A stretch of 64,000 nt of DNA from Bacteroidota bacterium (GCA_002748065.1 PDRJ01000032.1:236-64235), one strand, 5' to 3'. Positions 34,822 through 44,607 are shown, counted from the first letter of the stretch. Notes: generated by a model from the letters alone, not told the origin. Made by a program: numbers and translations.

Positions 34822-36495
34822 ATGAGGTTTGTACAGGTTTTGATTTTTTTCGGTGTTTTGTGCCCCCTCTCTTTTGTATTGCATGCTCAGAATGGACGGG
34901 GAGAGTGGAGTGTGTATCCTACCTACGAGGAGTATGTACAGCAGATGGAGGGCTTTGCGTCGGACTATCCTGACCTCTGTACATTGGTGTGTTTTGATAC
35001 CCTGAACTCCGGCCGTCAACTGTTGGCTATTACCTTTAACAAGGGGATAGCCACTGCTTCTGATGTACGTCCCAAAGTGTTGTTTACAAGTACGATGCAT
35101 GGGGATGAAACGGTGGGCTATGTGTTGATGCTTCATTTGATAGATTCCCTGTTGTCAGGGTATGGAACCGATCCCTTTGCCACCTTTTTGGTGGATAGCC
35201 TTAATGTATGGATCAATCCCAATGCCAATCCCGATGGCACTTACCGTGCTGGTAATCATACGGTTTCTGGAGCCAGAAGGTATAATCTTAACGGGGTAGA
35301 TCTCAACAGAAACTATCCTGATCCGCAGGATGGGCCTCATCCCGATGGAAGGGTTTGGCAGGAGGAGACCATCGCGTTTATGGACCTGGCGGAAGAGGTT
35401 GGGTTTGATCTGGGGGTTAATATTCACGGAGGAGCCGAGGTGTGTAACTATCCGTGGGATACGTGGAGTAAAATGCCTGCGGATCTGCTTTGGTGGCAGA
35501 AGGTGTGCAATATGTATGCCGATACTGCCCAATATTATAGCCCTTCCGGTTACCTGGATGACTTTGGAACCGGAGTTGTCAACGGCTATAGCTGGTACTC
35601 CATCAACGGAAGCCGGCAGGACTATATGAATTGGTTTCACCAGTGCCGTGAGTTTACGCTTGAGTTATCGCGAAGAAAGAATCCTCCGCCTCAGACACTG
35701 GAAGATTATTGGAGCTATAATCACCGTTCCTTTTTTAACTATATGAAGCAGGCCTGGTACGGTCTTCATGGCGTAGTGACGGATTCATTAACGGGTGAAC
35801 CTTTGCGGGCAAAGGTTTTTATCCCCGGCTATGATGTAGATAGCTCCTGGGTCTACTCTGATGCCTTGAATGGCGATTACCATCGCTACTTGATTACGGG
35901 GACCTACACGTTAACTTTTACGGCTCCCGGATATCTCCCCAAGACGGTTTCCCTGGCGGTGAATGATACCCTTAAGACGCTGCTCAACGTGCAATTGATG
36001 CCCGAAGAACCGTTGACACAACTACTCTCTTTCCCCGCGGGGTGGAGTGGCTTTTCCACCTACCTGGATCTTCTCAATGACTCGACGCAGGCTCTCTTTG
36101 GCGGATTGGCCGATACGTTGATAATCGTGAAGGATATGTACGATGTTTATTGGCCGCCTCAGATCAATAACCTGCCTGTGCTCTCTCCCGGAAAGGGCTA
36201 TGTGGTTAAGATGAATCATGAGACCTCTGTGGCTTTCTCCGGTTATAGCTCCTCCTTTTCCTCTGTCCCGTTGAACGAAGGGTGGAATCTTGTGGCGGTG
36301 ATGGTGGCAGATAGCATCTCCAGTGATCTGCTCTTCACCCCGGTTTATGAGCAGTTGGTGATGGCTAAGTCCTTTGATGGAGGCCAGGTCTTTTGGCCCG
36401 AAGCGGGGATCAACACCATGCCCTACCTCTACGCTGGCCGTGCTTACTTCGTAAAGGTGAAAGAGGCGTGTTTGTTGAATTTTGTGAGCCCTTAG
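34822..36495 (+). CDS. M14-family zinc carboxypeptidase with CarboxypepD_reg-like domain and duplicated C-terminal module
   Basis: 557 aa. Signal peptide, HGDETVG (HxxE zinc motif), GLHGVVTDSLTGEPL (CarboxypepD_reg-like), then two ~70-aa repeats. Confidence 0.85.
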   Translation: MRFVQVLIFFGVLCPLSFVLHAQNGRGEWSVYPTYEEYVQQMEGFASDYPDLCTLVCFDTLNSGRQLLAITFNKGIATASDVRPKVLFTSTMHGDETVGYVLMLHLIDSLLSGYGTDPFATFLVDSLNVWINPNANPDGTYRAGNHTVSGARRYNLNGVDLNRNYPDPQDGPHPDGRVWQEETIAFMDLAEEVGFDLGVNIHGGAEVCNYPWDTWSKMPADLLWWQKVCNMYADTAQYYSPSGYLDDFGTGVVNGYSWYSINGSRQDYMNWFHQCREFTLELSRRKNPPPQTLEDYWSYNHRSFFNYMKQAWYGLHGVVTDSLTGEPLRAKVFIPGYDVDSSWVYSDALNGDYHRYLITGTYTLTFTAPGYLPKTVSLAVNDTLKTLLNVQLMPEEPLTQLLSFPAGWSGFSTYLDLLNDSTQALFGGLADTLIIVKDMYDVYWPPQINNLPVLSPGKGYVVKMNHETSVAFSGYSSSFSSVPLNEGWNLVAVMVADSISSDLLFTPVYEQLVMAKSFDGGQVFWPEAGINTMPYLYAGRAYFVKVKEACLLNFVSP

Positions 36496-36662
36496 CTGTT
36501 GAGATAGCTGTTTTCTTATAGAAATCCAGGAAATAGATACCTCCCCCTTCAGGTAACATTTGGCTGTTCCTTTTTGGGGGTCGTGTTGCCCTCCTCAAAT
36601 CTTTTTTCAGGGTAAGAGTTACCCTATAATCGGTTGCCGAAAGATAGGGAGAAGGAGGGTTT

Positions 36663-38513
36663 TTATTTCTGAGGTTTTATAATCTTAGCTATATGGATGT
36701 TTTGATTTGTGTTATCAAAAATGTGGACAAAATAAATTCCTGCAGGTAACTGTTTGGTGGAAAGGGTCACGAGAGGATCCTTAGCGGTAATATGTTGATG
36801 TAAAGTTCCATTAATATCATAGATGTTTACGTTGTAATTGTTCGAGTTTGATGCTATGGTGAGTTGGTCCATAACGAGACTTGGGTAGACGTTTATACTA
36901 TTATCTTCTGCTAAAAGATTCTCCGAACCTGATGTTGAATTATAGCTGAAAACGCAGTTTTTTACCCCCAAATATTTGGGTGAGTTCACATCTTCATAGG
37001 TCTCTTTGATGCCCCAGGCACCATATTTGCTGTAGTCTCCATGGGAAGAGAAATGTGCGAACATGCCACCCTGTACTGTGTCATACCAGTAGTCAAAATA
37101 GCTGCAATATAACGCTTCCATTCTCGGGTGCCTATTGGCCTCTAACAGTTTGTTTACAAAAACCTCATTTTCATTGTAAGGATAGTAAGCCACTAAGTGT
37201 TGCCCTCCTTCATAGGCAATGAGGTCTAAGTTATAATTATTGGCCAGTTCCTTGTTGTCAACCATCCAACGGAAGGTTTCCGGCATCGAAAGTTCCATGG
37301 AATCTAAGATTGCCTCAACCGTAATCGTATTGCCCAAACCGGCTTCACCAATGGCATTGGCTACGGACCCGAAATAGGGGGCAATGGCCAGTGCATCGGC
37401 AGAAACTCCGGTCGGATTGTATAGGTCTTCATTGAATCTACTGATGATAAAATTATTGACCCAGGCATTTGCGGCCATGCCCGGAATCACCTTGATTAAC
37501 CGGTCATCGTTGACAAATACGTCTTCGAAAATTTGAAAGACATCAGCCGATCGTTTGGCCGTAAATTTCCATGAAAGCTCCCACGGCTCTCCCGTATATC
37601 CTAACTCTTCCGCTGCGGCAGCGGCATAACTGTTTTGAGGGAAGATCCCGTTCCAAACCTCATTGCTGTATTCCAAATAGATCTTGAGGTTTGGGTCTGC
37701 CTGGTCCCTTAGCATTGCGGCAAATTGCGTAATGAAATTGTCAGATGCTTTGTGTGGAATGTTAACCCATAGATCTTTTTGTGTTAAGTTACAAAGCTCA
37801 ATTAAGTATTCATAAGAGACACCGCTGTACAACGTTTGAGTGTAATAGTTTGGCGTATTTCTGTCAGCCCATTCTTGAACTTCAGACCCATTGGTACTCA
37901 TCCAGTCCATGAACCTGATTACTTGAAAATCGTCAATAAAACTTAAAAGTTCCGGATGAAAAGGATGCTCTTCAAAGGTGTGATGATGACCTGGCATGAG
38001 GATATGAATATCCTTTATGGGGTTCGCTATGTCGCTTTCCAGTATTTCCAATACAAGGAGCTCGTTGTTGTTGTCAACATTAATAACCGTATCGATGGGA
38101 CATTGAAAAATAGCGGATGCGGCTCCCCATAGTTCTATTTCTCCTTCACCCTCCGCCATAAATCGGTACTCGCCCCCGGGAAAAATATGCTCTAACCCTA
38201 CAAACATAACCGTTCTTATTCCTTGTGGAGGATCAATGCCATTGTCATAGGGGATGGTCAAGGGGTAGCCATCCTCATCCAGGGGGATATAGACCCCACT
38301 ATCCCAATCTGCATTGGGGCCAAGTTCATGTGGTATCCATGTTCTGCTTTGTTTCATCACATCCACAAAGACAAATTCAGTGCTCCAATCTGATACCCCC
38401 ACAAGGTTAGTGCCTATGGGACGTTGAACTTGGCCATTGATCCTTCCTGCAGAGAGTATCATGAGGATTAACAGCATTGGGATAAGGTGAAAAATAGTCG
38501 GTCTGCTTTTCAT
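36663..38513 (-). CDS. T9SS-sorted putative glycoside hydrolase (clan GH-A-like TIM barrel)
   Basis: 616 aa. Signal peptide, YLEYSNEVWN (NE acid/base-like motif), and a C-terminal CTD ...VYPSLVMDQLTI...AGIYFVHIF. The GH family is not identified. Confidence 0.6.
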   Translation of the reverse strand: MKSRPTIFHLIPMLLILMILSAGRINGQVQRPIGTNLVGVSDWSTEFVFVDVMKQSRTWIPHELGPNADWDSGVYIPLDEDGYPLTIPYDNGIDPPQGIRTVMFVGLEHIFPGGEYRFMAEGEGEIELWGAASAIFQCPIDTVINVDNNNELLVLEILESDIANPIKDIHILMPGHHHTFEEHPFHPELLSFIDDFQVIRFMDWMSTNGSEVQEWADRNTPNYYTQTLYSGVSYEYLIELCNLTQKDLWVNIPHKASDNFITQFAAMLRDQADPNLKIYLEYSNEVWNGIFPQNSYAAAAAEELGYTGEPWELSWKFTAKRSADVFQIFEDVFVNDDRLIKVIPGMAANAWVNNFIISRFNEDLYNPTGVSADALAIAPYFGSVANAIGEAGLGNTITVEAILDSMELSMPETFRWMVDNKELANNYNLDLIAYEGGQHLVAYYPYNENEVFVNKLLEANRHPRMEALYCSYFDYWYDTVQGGMFAHFSSHGDYSKYGAWGIKETYEDVNSPKYLGVKNCVFSYNSTSGSENLLAEDNSINVYPSLVMDQLTIASNSNNYNVNIYDINGTLHQHITAKDPLVTLSTKQLPAGIYFVHIFDNTNQNIHIAKIIKPQK

Positions 38514-38736
38514 ATGGGTTTGCGTAATTAGTTGTTGATCAATGATTAGAAATTATAAGAGGTCTGTACTCCTCCCTTGTCTGGGGAGGTCCATGACATC
38601 AAAAGGTAGAAGTTTGAGGTAATATGCCTCCTTTTCTCCGTGGTTAATTTGTATGGGATGCCCCACAAACTAAAACTACAGCTAAAGGTAATACAAAAAA
38701 TGGACTTGTTTAAATTTCTTGCGGTATATGTGGCAT

Positions 38737-38769
38737 AAAAAAAGGCCTGCTATCCAGCAGACCTTTTTT
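38737..38769. terminator. Bidirectional rho-independent terminator (downstream of 38790..39587)
   Basis: A7-GGCCTGCT-atcc-AGCAGACC-T6. Confidence 0.75.
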
Positions 38770-38789
38770 ACTATCAAAAGTTTCGTCTG

Positions 38790-39587
38790 TTAAGGACACT
38801 CTATATCCCGTCGTTGTTCATCCCAACAGTGCCATTCCTGATCTCCAAAATGAACTTCGTCTCTGACATGTCCATTCCCGGCAGCATAATTCCACTCGAT
38901 CTCTGTGAGTTTATCTCCATCTTGCAAGTAGATGGTGTAGTAGCGATCCATGTCAACATCTACTCGGTTCCCATGTTCTATGTAGGATTCCTCGGTGATG
39001 ATCTCTTCCGCTTTTGTGTAACGAATGCTCTGCTCACCATTTTCCAAATCGTTGAGGTAATTAACTGTTAGGAAAAGAGCGGGCTCTTCGGGGGATTGGT
39101 AGATAAGCCATTCAGCCTCCTGATAGGTGCTATCCATGACACCCTCATACCAGAGGAAGTCGGTATAGGCCCCCTCTTTACTGAGATACATTTTCCACTC
39201 CACATCCGTACCAACCAGTGTACCATGTAGATTCGCGTGGTATACTTGGTTGATAACGGTAACGTCATAAGACCAAACCCACTCTAAGTTTCCAATATAT
39301 TCCGGTTCATGGTTGAATGATTCGGAAAAGGCGGCAACCGGAATGGCTAAATTGCCCGTTAACACCACATTCCAGAAAAGAACATTGATGGCCGAATATC
39401 CAAAATGAGCATACCCCTTTGCATGGGCTGTGTCAGCCTTAGAGAAGCTGTAGTCCATTATGAAAGAGGCCTTAGGGGGCAATTGGGGGGCATTGGGATG
39501 GTTATCTGCCTCCTTTTTGCTGCATGATGTGTTTAGCAATGAAGCTGTTATAAGCAAAAATATGCCAAGTAATTTGATTGATTTCAT
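38790..39587 (-). CDS. Lipoprotein of unknown function
   Basis: 265 aa with a lipobox-like signal, MKSIKLLGIFLLITASLLNTSC. Confidence 0.65.
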   Translation of the reverse strand: MKSIKLLGIFLLITASLLNTSCSKKEADNHPNAPQLPPKASFIMDYSFSKADTAHAKGYAHFGYSAINVLFWNVVLTGNLAIPVAAFSESFNHEPEYIGNLEWVWSYDVTVINQVYHANLHGTLVGTDVEWKMYLSKEGAYTDFLWYEGVMDSTYQEAEWLIYQSPEEPALFLTVNYLNDLENGEQSIRYTKAEEIITEESYIEHGNRVDVDMDRYYTIYLQDGDKLTEIEWNYAAGNGHVRDEVHFGDQEWHCWDEQRRDIECP

Positions 39588-39614
39588 AGGTTTCTATTTT
39601 TGGTTAAACTCCTA

Positions 39615-39622
39615 CAAAGGTA
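39615..39622 (-). promoter_or_regulatory. -7 box TACCTTTG (minus strand)
   Basis: The plus strand reads caaaggta, 28 nt upstream of start 39587. Confidence 0.5.
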
Positions 39623-39986
39623 AGCATTATTTATAACTGACCTGTCTTAACAACAGGGAAGAGGCTTTCGTTTCCCCTTTTTGGGGCTATTTTTAGCTCC
39701 TTATTTTTTTTGAGAAAAATGTTGTTTTGTTGTATGTAAATATATAGTAACTAGATGTTTATCTGTTCTTTTGTTGGGGCTTTGTTCTCTTATGGAGAGC
39801 ATCAATAATAAAAATAAGTTAATTTTTTATCTCGTCTGTTTTTATGATTGTTGATCCTTCTCTATCACATGTTTTTTTCGGGAGAGAGAAGGTCGCGGGA
39901 AGGAGGTGCCTTGCATGAGATGTCGTTGAAATTTTCCCCCAAGAGGATTCATAAGAGGCTCGTGCCGGAACAAAGGAATGATTTGC

Positions 39987-39994
39987 TACCTTTG
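39987..39994 (+). promoter_or_regulatory. -7 box TACCTTTG
   Basis: Only 5 nt upstream of ATG 39999, so the mRNA would be leaderless or nearly so. It lies inside the longer track ORF. Confidence 0.35.
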
Positions 39995-39998
39995 CCCA

Positions 39999-40820
39999 AT
40001 GAAGGATAAGGTTGTGATTATTACCGGAGCCTCTTCCGGTATAGGACGGGCGTTGGCAGTGCAATTTGTGAAGCAGGGGTCAATGGTGGTTCTTGCGGCA
40101 CGCAGTAAGGAGAAATTGTTGGAGGTGGAAGCCTCCTTGCAGGGTTATCCGGGGAAGGTATTGGTGGTTCCTACAGATGTGAGTGTAGAAAAAGAGTGCC
40201 AGAGACTTGTGGAGAAAACGGTAGCGGTGTTTGGTCGCATTGATATTCTTATTAATAATGCCGGTATATCCATGCGTGCCCTCTTTTGTGATCTGAAGCT
40301 GGAGGTGCTGGAGCGTTTGATGGCTGTCAATTTCTGGGGTACCGTTTACTGTTCCAAGTATGCTGAGCCTTACTTGGTGAAACAGAGGGGATCGTTGGTG
40401 GGGGTGATTTCCATTGCCGGATACCAAGGCCTTCCTGCACGGACCGGTTATTCCGCTTCCAAGTACGCCATTCGTGGTTTCCTGGATACCGTGCGGATAG
40501 AGAATCTGAAAACGGGAATGCATGTGATGATTGCTGCACCGGGGTTTACACAATCCAATATCCGTTTTTCTGCACTTACCGCTGATGCTACGCCTCAGGG
40601 AGCAACACCGCGTAAGGAAAAAAGCATGATGTCGCCGGAATATTGTGCGTATCGGATCTATTGGGCGATTCGTCGCCGAAAGCGCTCGTTGATCCTCACA
40701 ACACAAGGGAAGCTGACCGTTCTTCTGAATAAGCTCTTTCCCCGGTTCGTAGATTATGCCTCTTATCGGCTGATGGAGAAGGAACCCAACTCCCCATTAC
40801 AACGTTATCGGCATAAGTAG
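39999..40820 (+). CDS. Classical SDR-family oxidoreductase
   Basis: Trimmed to MKDKVVIITGASSGIGRALA. NNAG and YSASK motifs. The TAG stop at 40818..40820 is the first three nt of MITE copy I. Confidence 0.85.
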   Translation: MKDKVVIITGASSGIGRALAVQFVKQGSMVVLAARSKEKLLEVEASLQGYPGKVLVVPTDVSVEKECQRLVEKTVAVFGRIDILINNAGISMRALFCDLKLEVLERLMAVNFWGTVYCSKYAEPYLVKQRGSLVGVISIAGYQGLPARTGYSASKYAIRGFLDTVRIENLKTGMHVMIAAPGFTQSNIRFSALTADATPQGATPRKEKSMMSPEYCAYRIYWAIRRRKRSLILTTQGKLTVLLNKLFPRFVDYASYRLMEKEPNSPLQRYRHK

Positions 40821-40950
40821 CCTCTGTCTACCCATTCCGACTTCTTTGTGATGCGTGTCTTCCAAATGGTTATTTACCCCAGTAAATGCTCCTATTTCGA
40901 ACTTTCTAGACAGCCTCTTCTCAAAACGCTGACTTTATGAACAAACACTA
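40818..40950 (-). mobile_element. MITE-like element, copy I (reverse orientation, internal ~22-nt deletion)
   Basis: TAGCCTCTGTCTACCCATTCCGACTTC...gactttatgaacaaacacTA. Lacks the gaggcttgcgaaggctg segment. Confidence 0.8.
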
Positions 40951-40967
40951 AGTAATGTTAGTGCCTT

Positions 40968-41199
40968 ATGAAAAAACTACAACTTCTTTTCTGCTCTCTT
41001 TTTTTGTCGTATTATCTTTTGCACAGCTACCGCAGGGGATTAACCTTTAGATAATTGTGCGTAACCATGCCGGGGCTCTTATTCCAGAAAAACAGGTGGT
41101 TATGCGTTCTACGATATCGGCAACTACGGCCTTTTGTATCGCTACGGTTACTATAAGTCACATGGCTTCTCCGTACGGTGCGTTCGCAATAATGAGTGA
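40968..41199 (+). pseudogene. Remnant of a Fibrobacter-succinogenes-major-paralogous-domain (FISUMP) lipoprotein gene
   Basis: Signal peptide MKKLQLLFCSLF, then a frameshift in a T-run. Next comes AQLPQGINL-stop-IIVRNHAGALIPEKQVVMRSTIS, and in another frame the C-terminal signature ...GYYKSHGFSVRCVRNNE*. Most of the gene is deleted. Confidence 0.55.
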
Positions 41200-41371
41200 T
41201 TGTAAATCAGTTGAAAATTAGATGATTACGTGTTTTTTTCTGGTGCAATAGTATGGTAATAATAATGGAATAATGCGATCGTGAAACGGGCTGTAGAGGT
41301 GTGGCATGTCGCGTCTCTATCGCACTCTCCTCAAAAAATAACCAACTTCTCTCTTCGATCTCATTATCAAA

Positions 41372-41824
41372 TCACCGCCTCTGCTCCCTGTCGATCTCCC
41401 TTCGGGTATCTTTTGCCTTTAGGCTCTCTCGTTTGTCATATAGCTTTTTCCCTTTGGCAATGGCAATCTCTACCTTGGCAAGGCCATTTTCGTTGATATA
41501 GAGGGATAAGGGAACGACAGTAAGTCCCTTCTCGGCAATATTTTTAAAGATGTTCTTCAATTCGCGACGCGTGAGGAGAAGTTTACGGGGCGCCTTGGGA
41601 TCATGGTTGTTGTAGGTGCCATATTGGTATTCACTGATGTGCATCCCATAGACGAAGAGCTCCTCGTTGTGAAACCGACAGTAAGACTCCGCCAGGTTGG
41701 CTTTGCCTGCGCGGATGGACTTTATCTCCGTTCCCGTGAGGACAATCCCTGCGGTAAATCGATCCTGTATAAAGTATTGATAGAGGGCTTTTTTATTCTT
41801 TATGTGGATGGTGGATGCTGCCAT
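41372..41824 (-). CDS. smpB: SsrA-binding protein
   Basis: Trimmed to MAASTIHIKNKKALYQYFI... Contains GTEIKSIR and the C-terminal basic tail KDTRREIDREQRR. Confidence 0.9.
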   Translation of the reverse strand: MAASTIHIKNKKALYQYFIQDRFTAGIVLTGTEIKSIRAGKANLAESYCRFHNEELFVYGMHISEYQYGTYNNHDPKAPRKLLLTRRELKNIFKNIAEKGLTVVPLSLYINENGLAKVEIAIAKGKKLYDKRESLKAKDTRREIDREQRR

Positions 41825-41859
41825 AGTATTACCGTTGAAGGGGCAAAAGTACGCTTTTC

Positions 41860-42888
41860 CTACGAATTTGAAGGGGGTCTCTCGGTGGAGAGTAATCCAC
41901 AAGCGGCATAGATATCTTCGCCCCGGGAGGCGCGGATGGTGGTGGTGAGGCCCCTTTGGGTGAGCTGGTCACGGAACCACTCCATCTTCTCCTTTGTACA
42001 CCCTTGGTAGGGGGCGTCAGGAATAGGGTGGAATTTGATTAGGTTTACCCGGCAACGGAGCCCATGGAGTAGCTTTGCCATCTCTTTGAGGTGCTCCTGT
42101 GTGTCATTGAAACCTTCAAACATAATGTATTCGAAAGAGATGCGCCGTTGTCTGCCAAAGTCAAAGGAGCGAAGGTTCTCCACCACAGCTGAGATGGGAT
42201 AGTGTTTTTGTACCGGCATGAGGGTCGCCCTCTCATGGTCGAAAGGGGTGTGGAGGCTGATGGCCAGGTGGCAGTCGCTCTCTTGTAGAAAGCGGTTCAT
42301 GGCAGGGATGATACCAATGGAGGATACGGTGATGCGTCTGGGACTCATCCCGGAGCCGTATGTGGCGGTGAGGATCTCCAAACTTTTGAGCACATTGTCC
42401 AGGTTGTCGAAAGGTTCTCCCATCCCCATATAGACAAGGTTGGTGAGGGTTTCATACTCCGGAAGGCTAAAGATCTGATTCAAAATGTCCCCCGCCGAAA
42501 GATGTTGCGAGAATCCTTGTCGCCCCGTCATGCAGAAACGACAGGCCCACCGGCACCCTGCCTGTGAGGATACACAGAGGGTTGCCCTTTCACGGTCAGG
42601 GATATAGGCTGCCTCCACAAATCTCTTCTGAGCTGTTGGAAAGAGGTATTTCCTGGTGCCATCCACAGACTCCTGCACCTCGGTGTGTGGTGCCCTTCCC
42701 ACCTCGTATTGCGCCTCCAACTTTTCTTTAGAGGCCTTGGAGAGATTGCGCATTCCGGCAATGGAGGTAACCCGCTTCTTATATAGCCAATCAGCCATCT
42801 GTTTTCCTACAAAGGGTTTCATTCCCAGGGTGCGGGCAACAGTCATCAGCTCTTGCAAGGTCTTTCCAAAAAGAGGCTCTTTTTCCAT
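41860..42888 (-). CDS. rlmN: 23S rRNA/tRNA (adenine-C2)-methyltransferase, radical SAM
   Basis: 342 aa. CVSSQAGCRWACRFCMTG and GMGEP motifs. Confidence 0.9.
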   Translation of the reverse strand: MEKEPLFGKTLQELMTVARTLGMKPFVGKQMADWLYKKRVTSIAGMRNLSKASKEKLEAQYEVGRAPHTEVQESVDGTRKYLFPTAQKRFVEAAYIPDRERATLCVSSQAGCRWACRFCMTGRQGFSQHLSAGDILNQIFSLPEYETLTNLVYMGMGEPFDNLDNVLKSLEILTATYGSGMSPRRITVSSIGIIPAMNRFLQESDCHLAISLHTPFDHERATLMPVQKHYPISAVVENLRSFDFGRQRRISFEYIMFEGFNDTQEHLKEMAKLLHGLRCRVNLIKFHPIPDAPYQGCTKEKMEWFRDQLTQRGLTTTIRASRGEDIYAACGLLSTERPPSNS

Positions 42889-42954
42889 TAACGGGGCATT
42901 TTTTTGTGGGTATTCATATGCTATTTTATTGGTAGAAGCATTGACGGATCGCCT

Positions 42955-43896
42955 TTATAGTCGAAAAAGTATATAAATAATATAAGCCGTCACTAAGATG
43001 CCCCCCTCAATGCGCTGAAGGATGAACTTTTTTCTCTTAAGGACGAGCATAAGAAACAGAAGTACCGTGGTTGCCAATACAATGATAAGGTCTGTTTTGA
43101 GTTCCGGATAGACGGGTAGAGGTCTTATGACGGAACTTACCCCAAGCACCATCAGTATGTTGAAGATATTCGAGCCCACAAGATTTCCGATGGCAATGTC
43201 GGTCTTTTTCTTGAGCGCTGCAACAACGGAGGTGACCAACTCCGGCAGGGAGGTGGCTAAAGCTACAAGGGTGAGCCCGATGACCGATTGGCTAATGCCC
43301 AGTTTCGTGGCAATAGCCGTAGCTCCATTTACAATCCAACGCCCTCCAATGAAGAGTGCCCCCAATCCTAAAAGGGTAATTAGTAAGGAGATGAAGACAG
43401 AATACGTTTTGATACTCTCCTCGTGGTGTTCCCGGACACTGTTTTTCGACATCCTTCGGTTGAAGAGGAGATAGAGCACGAAGAGAACCAGCAGCAGGAT
43501 TCCCTCCATGCGGTTGATGCTTGCCTTTCCTTGATTGAGGAAGAACATCATGATAAAAAGAACGATGGTGATAAAGATAGAGCCGGGGATGACTTTGAAT
43601 ACGGTATTCCTATTGGCGGGGATGGGGATGATAATGGCCGTGATTCCTAAGATAATGAGAATGTTGAGCAAATTGCTTCCCAGAACATTGGCAATGGAGA
43701 GTTCGGTTTCGCCTTGAAAGGCTGCAAAACCACTGATCACCAATTCCGGAAGGCTAGTGCCAAAAGCAACAATGGTCAAGCCGATCACGATGCTGGGGAT
43801 ATGCAGCTTTCTGCCCAAAGAGGCTGCTCCCTCTACCAAAGAGTGGGCACCGCCTATGAGTGCCACAAATCCCAGGAAAAATAAAAGTTCTGTCAT
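42955..43896 (-). CDS. CaCA-family sodium/calcium antiporter (YrbG-like)
   Basis: 313 aa. Two alpha-repeats GTSLPEL and ATSLPEL, about 10 TM segments. Confidence 0.85.
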   Translation of the reverse strand: MTELLFFLGFVALIGGAHSLVEGAASLGRKLHIPSIVIGLTIVAFGTSLPELVISGFAAFQGETELSIANVLGSNLLNILIILGITAIIIPIPANRNTVFKVIPGSIFITIVLFIMMFFLNQGKASINRMEGILLLVLFVLYLLFNRRMSKNSVREHHEESIKTYSVFISLLITLLGLGALFIGGRWIVNGATAIATKLGISQSVIGLTLVALATSLPELVTSVVAALKKKTDIAIGNLVGSNIFNILMVLGVSSVIRPLPVYPELKTDLIIVLATTVLLFLMLVLKRKKFILQRIEGGILVTAYIIYILFRL

Positions 43897-43916
43897 TGAT
43901 CGGTCTCTCTTATGCG

Positions 43917-44588
43917 TTACTGGTAGTGGCGTGCACCAAAAATGAGGCTCCCCACACGAATGAGGGTTGCCCCCTCGTCAATGGCAATGGGATAATCTCC
44001 GGACATTCCCATGGAGATCTCCTTGAATGCGGTATCCTCCCTAAAATAATTGTTTTTGAGGGTGTCGAAGATCCTTTTGAGGGTGCGGAACTCCTTCCTG
44101 ATCTGCGGCTCCTCATCAGTATAGGTTGCCATACCCATCACCCCGGCAATATGAATATGCTGCATGGCCCGGTAGGCCTCTGAGTTGAGTATCGCCTCTG
44201 CCTCCTCTAAATCAAGCCCAAACTTGCTCTCCTCTTGTGCAATATGAAATTGCAACAGAACGTGGATGATCCGCTCATTTCGTGCCGCTTGACGGTCGAT
44301 CTCCTGGAGGACTTTCAAGCTATCCACGCTGTGGATGAGGTGAACCTTTTTGGCAATATACTTTACCTTATTGGTCTGAATATGGCCGATAAAATGCCAT
44401 TGGATATCATCGGGCAGGGTATCTGCTTTCTCCTCCATCTCTCTTGCCTTATTTTCGCCGAAGAGCCGTTGTCCCGCTTCATAGGCCGTTAGAATATCGC
44501 CAGACGGTTTGGTTTTGGATACCGCAATAAGTCTAACTCCTTCCGGAAGATTGTTTTGAAAGTGTATGATCTGATCTTTGATACGCAT
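43917..44588 (-). CDS. yggS: YggS-family pyridoxal-phosphate homeostasis protein
   Basis: 223 aa. LIAVSKTKP (PLP Lys) and an alanine-racemase-N-like fold pattern. Confidence 0.85.
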   Translation of the reverse strand: MRIKDQIIHFQNNLPEGVRLIAVSKTKPSGDILTAYEAGQRLFGENKAREMEEKADTLPDDIQWHFIGHIQTNKVKYIAKKVHLIHSVDSLKVLQEIDRQAARNERIIHVLLQFHIAQEESKFGLDLEEAEAILNSEAYRAMQHIHIAGVMGMATYTDEEPQIRKEFRTLKRIFDTLKNNYFREDTAFKEISMGMSGDYPIAIDEGATLIRVGSLIFGARHYQ

Positions 44589-44607
44589 CCCTCTTCACTT
44601 TAAAGGG

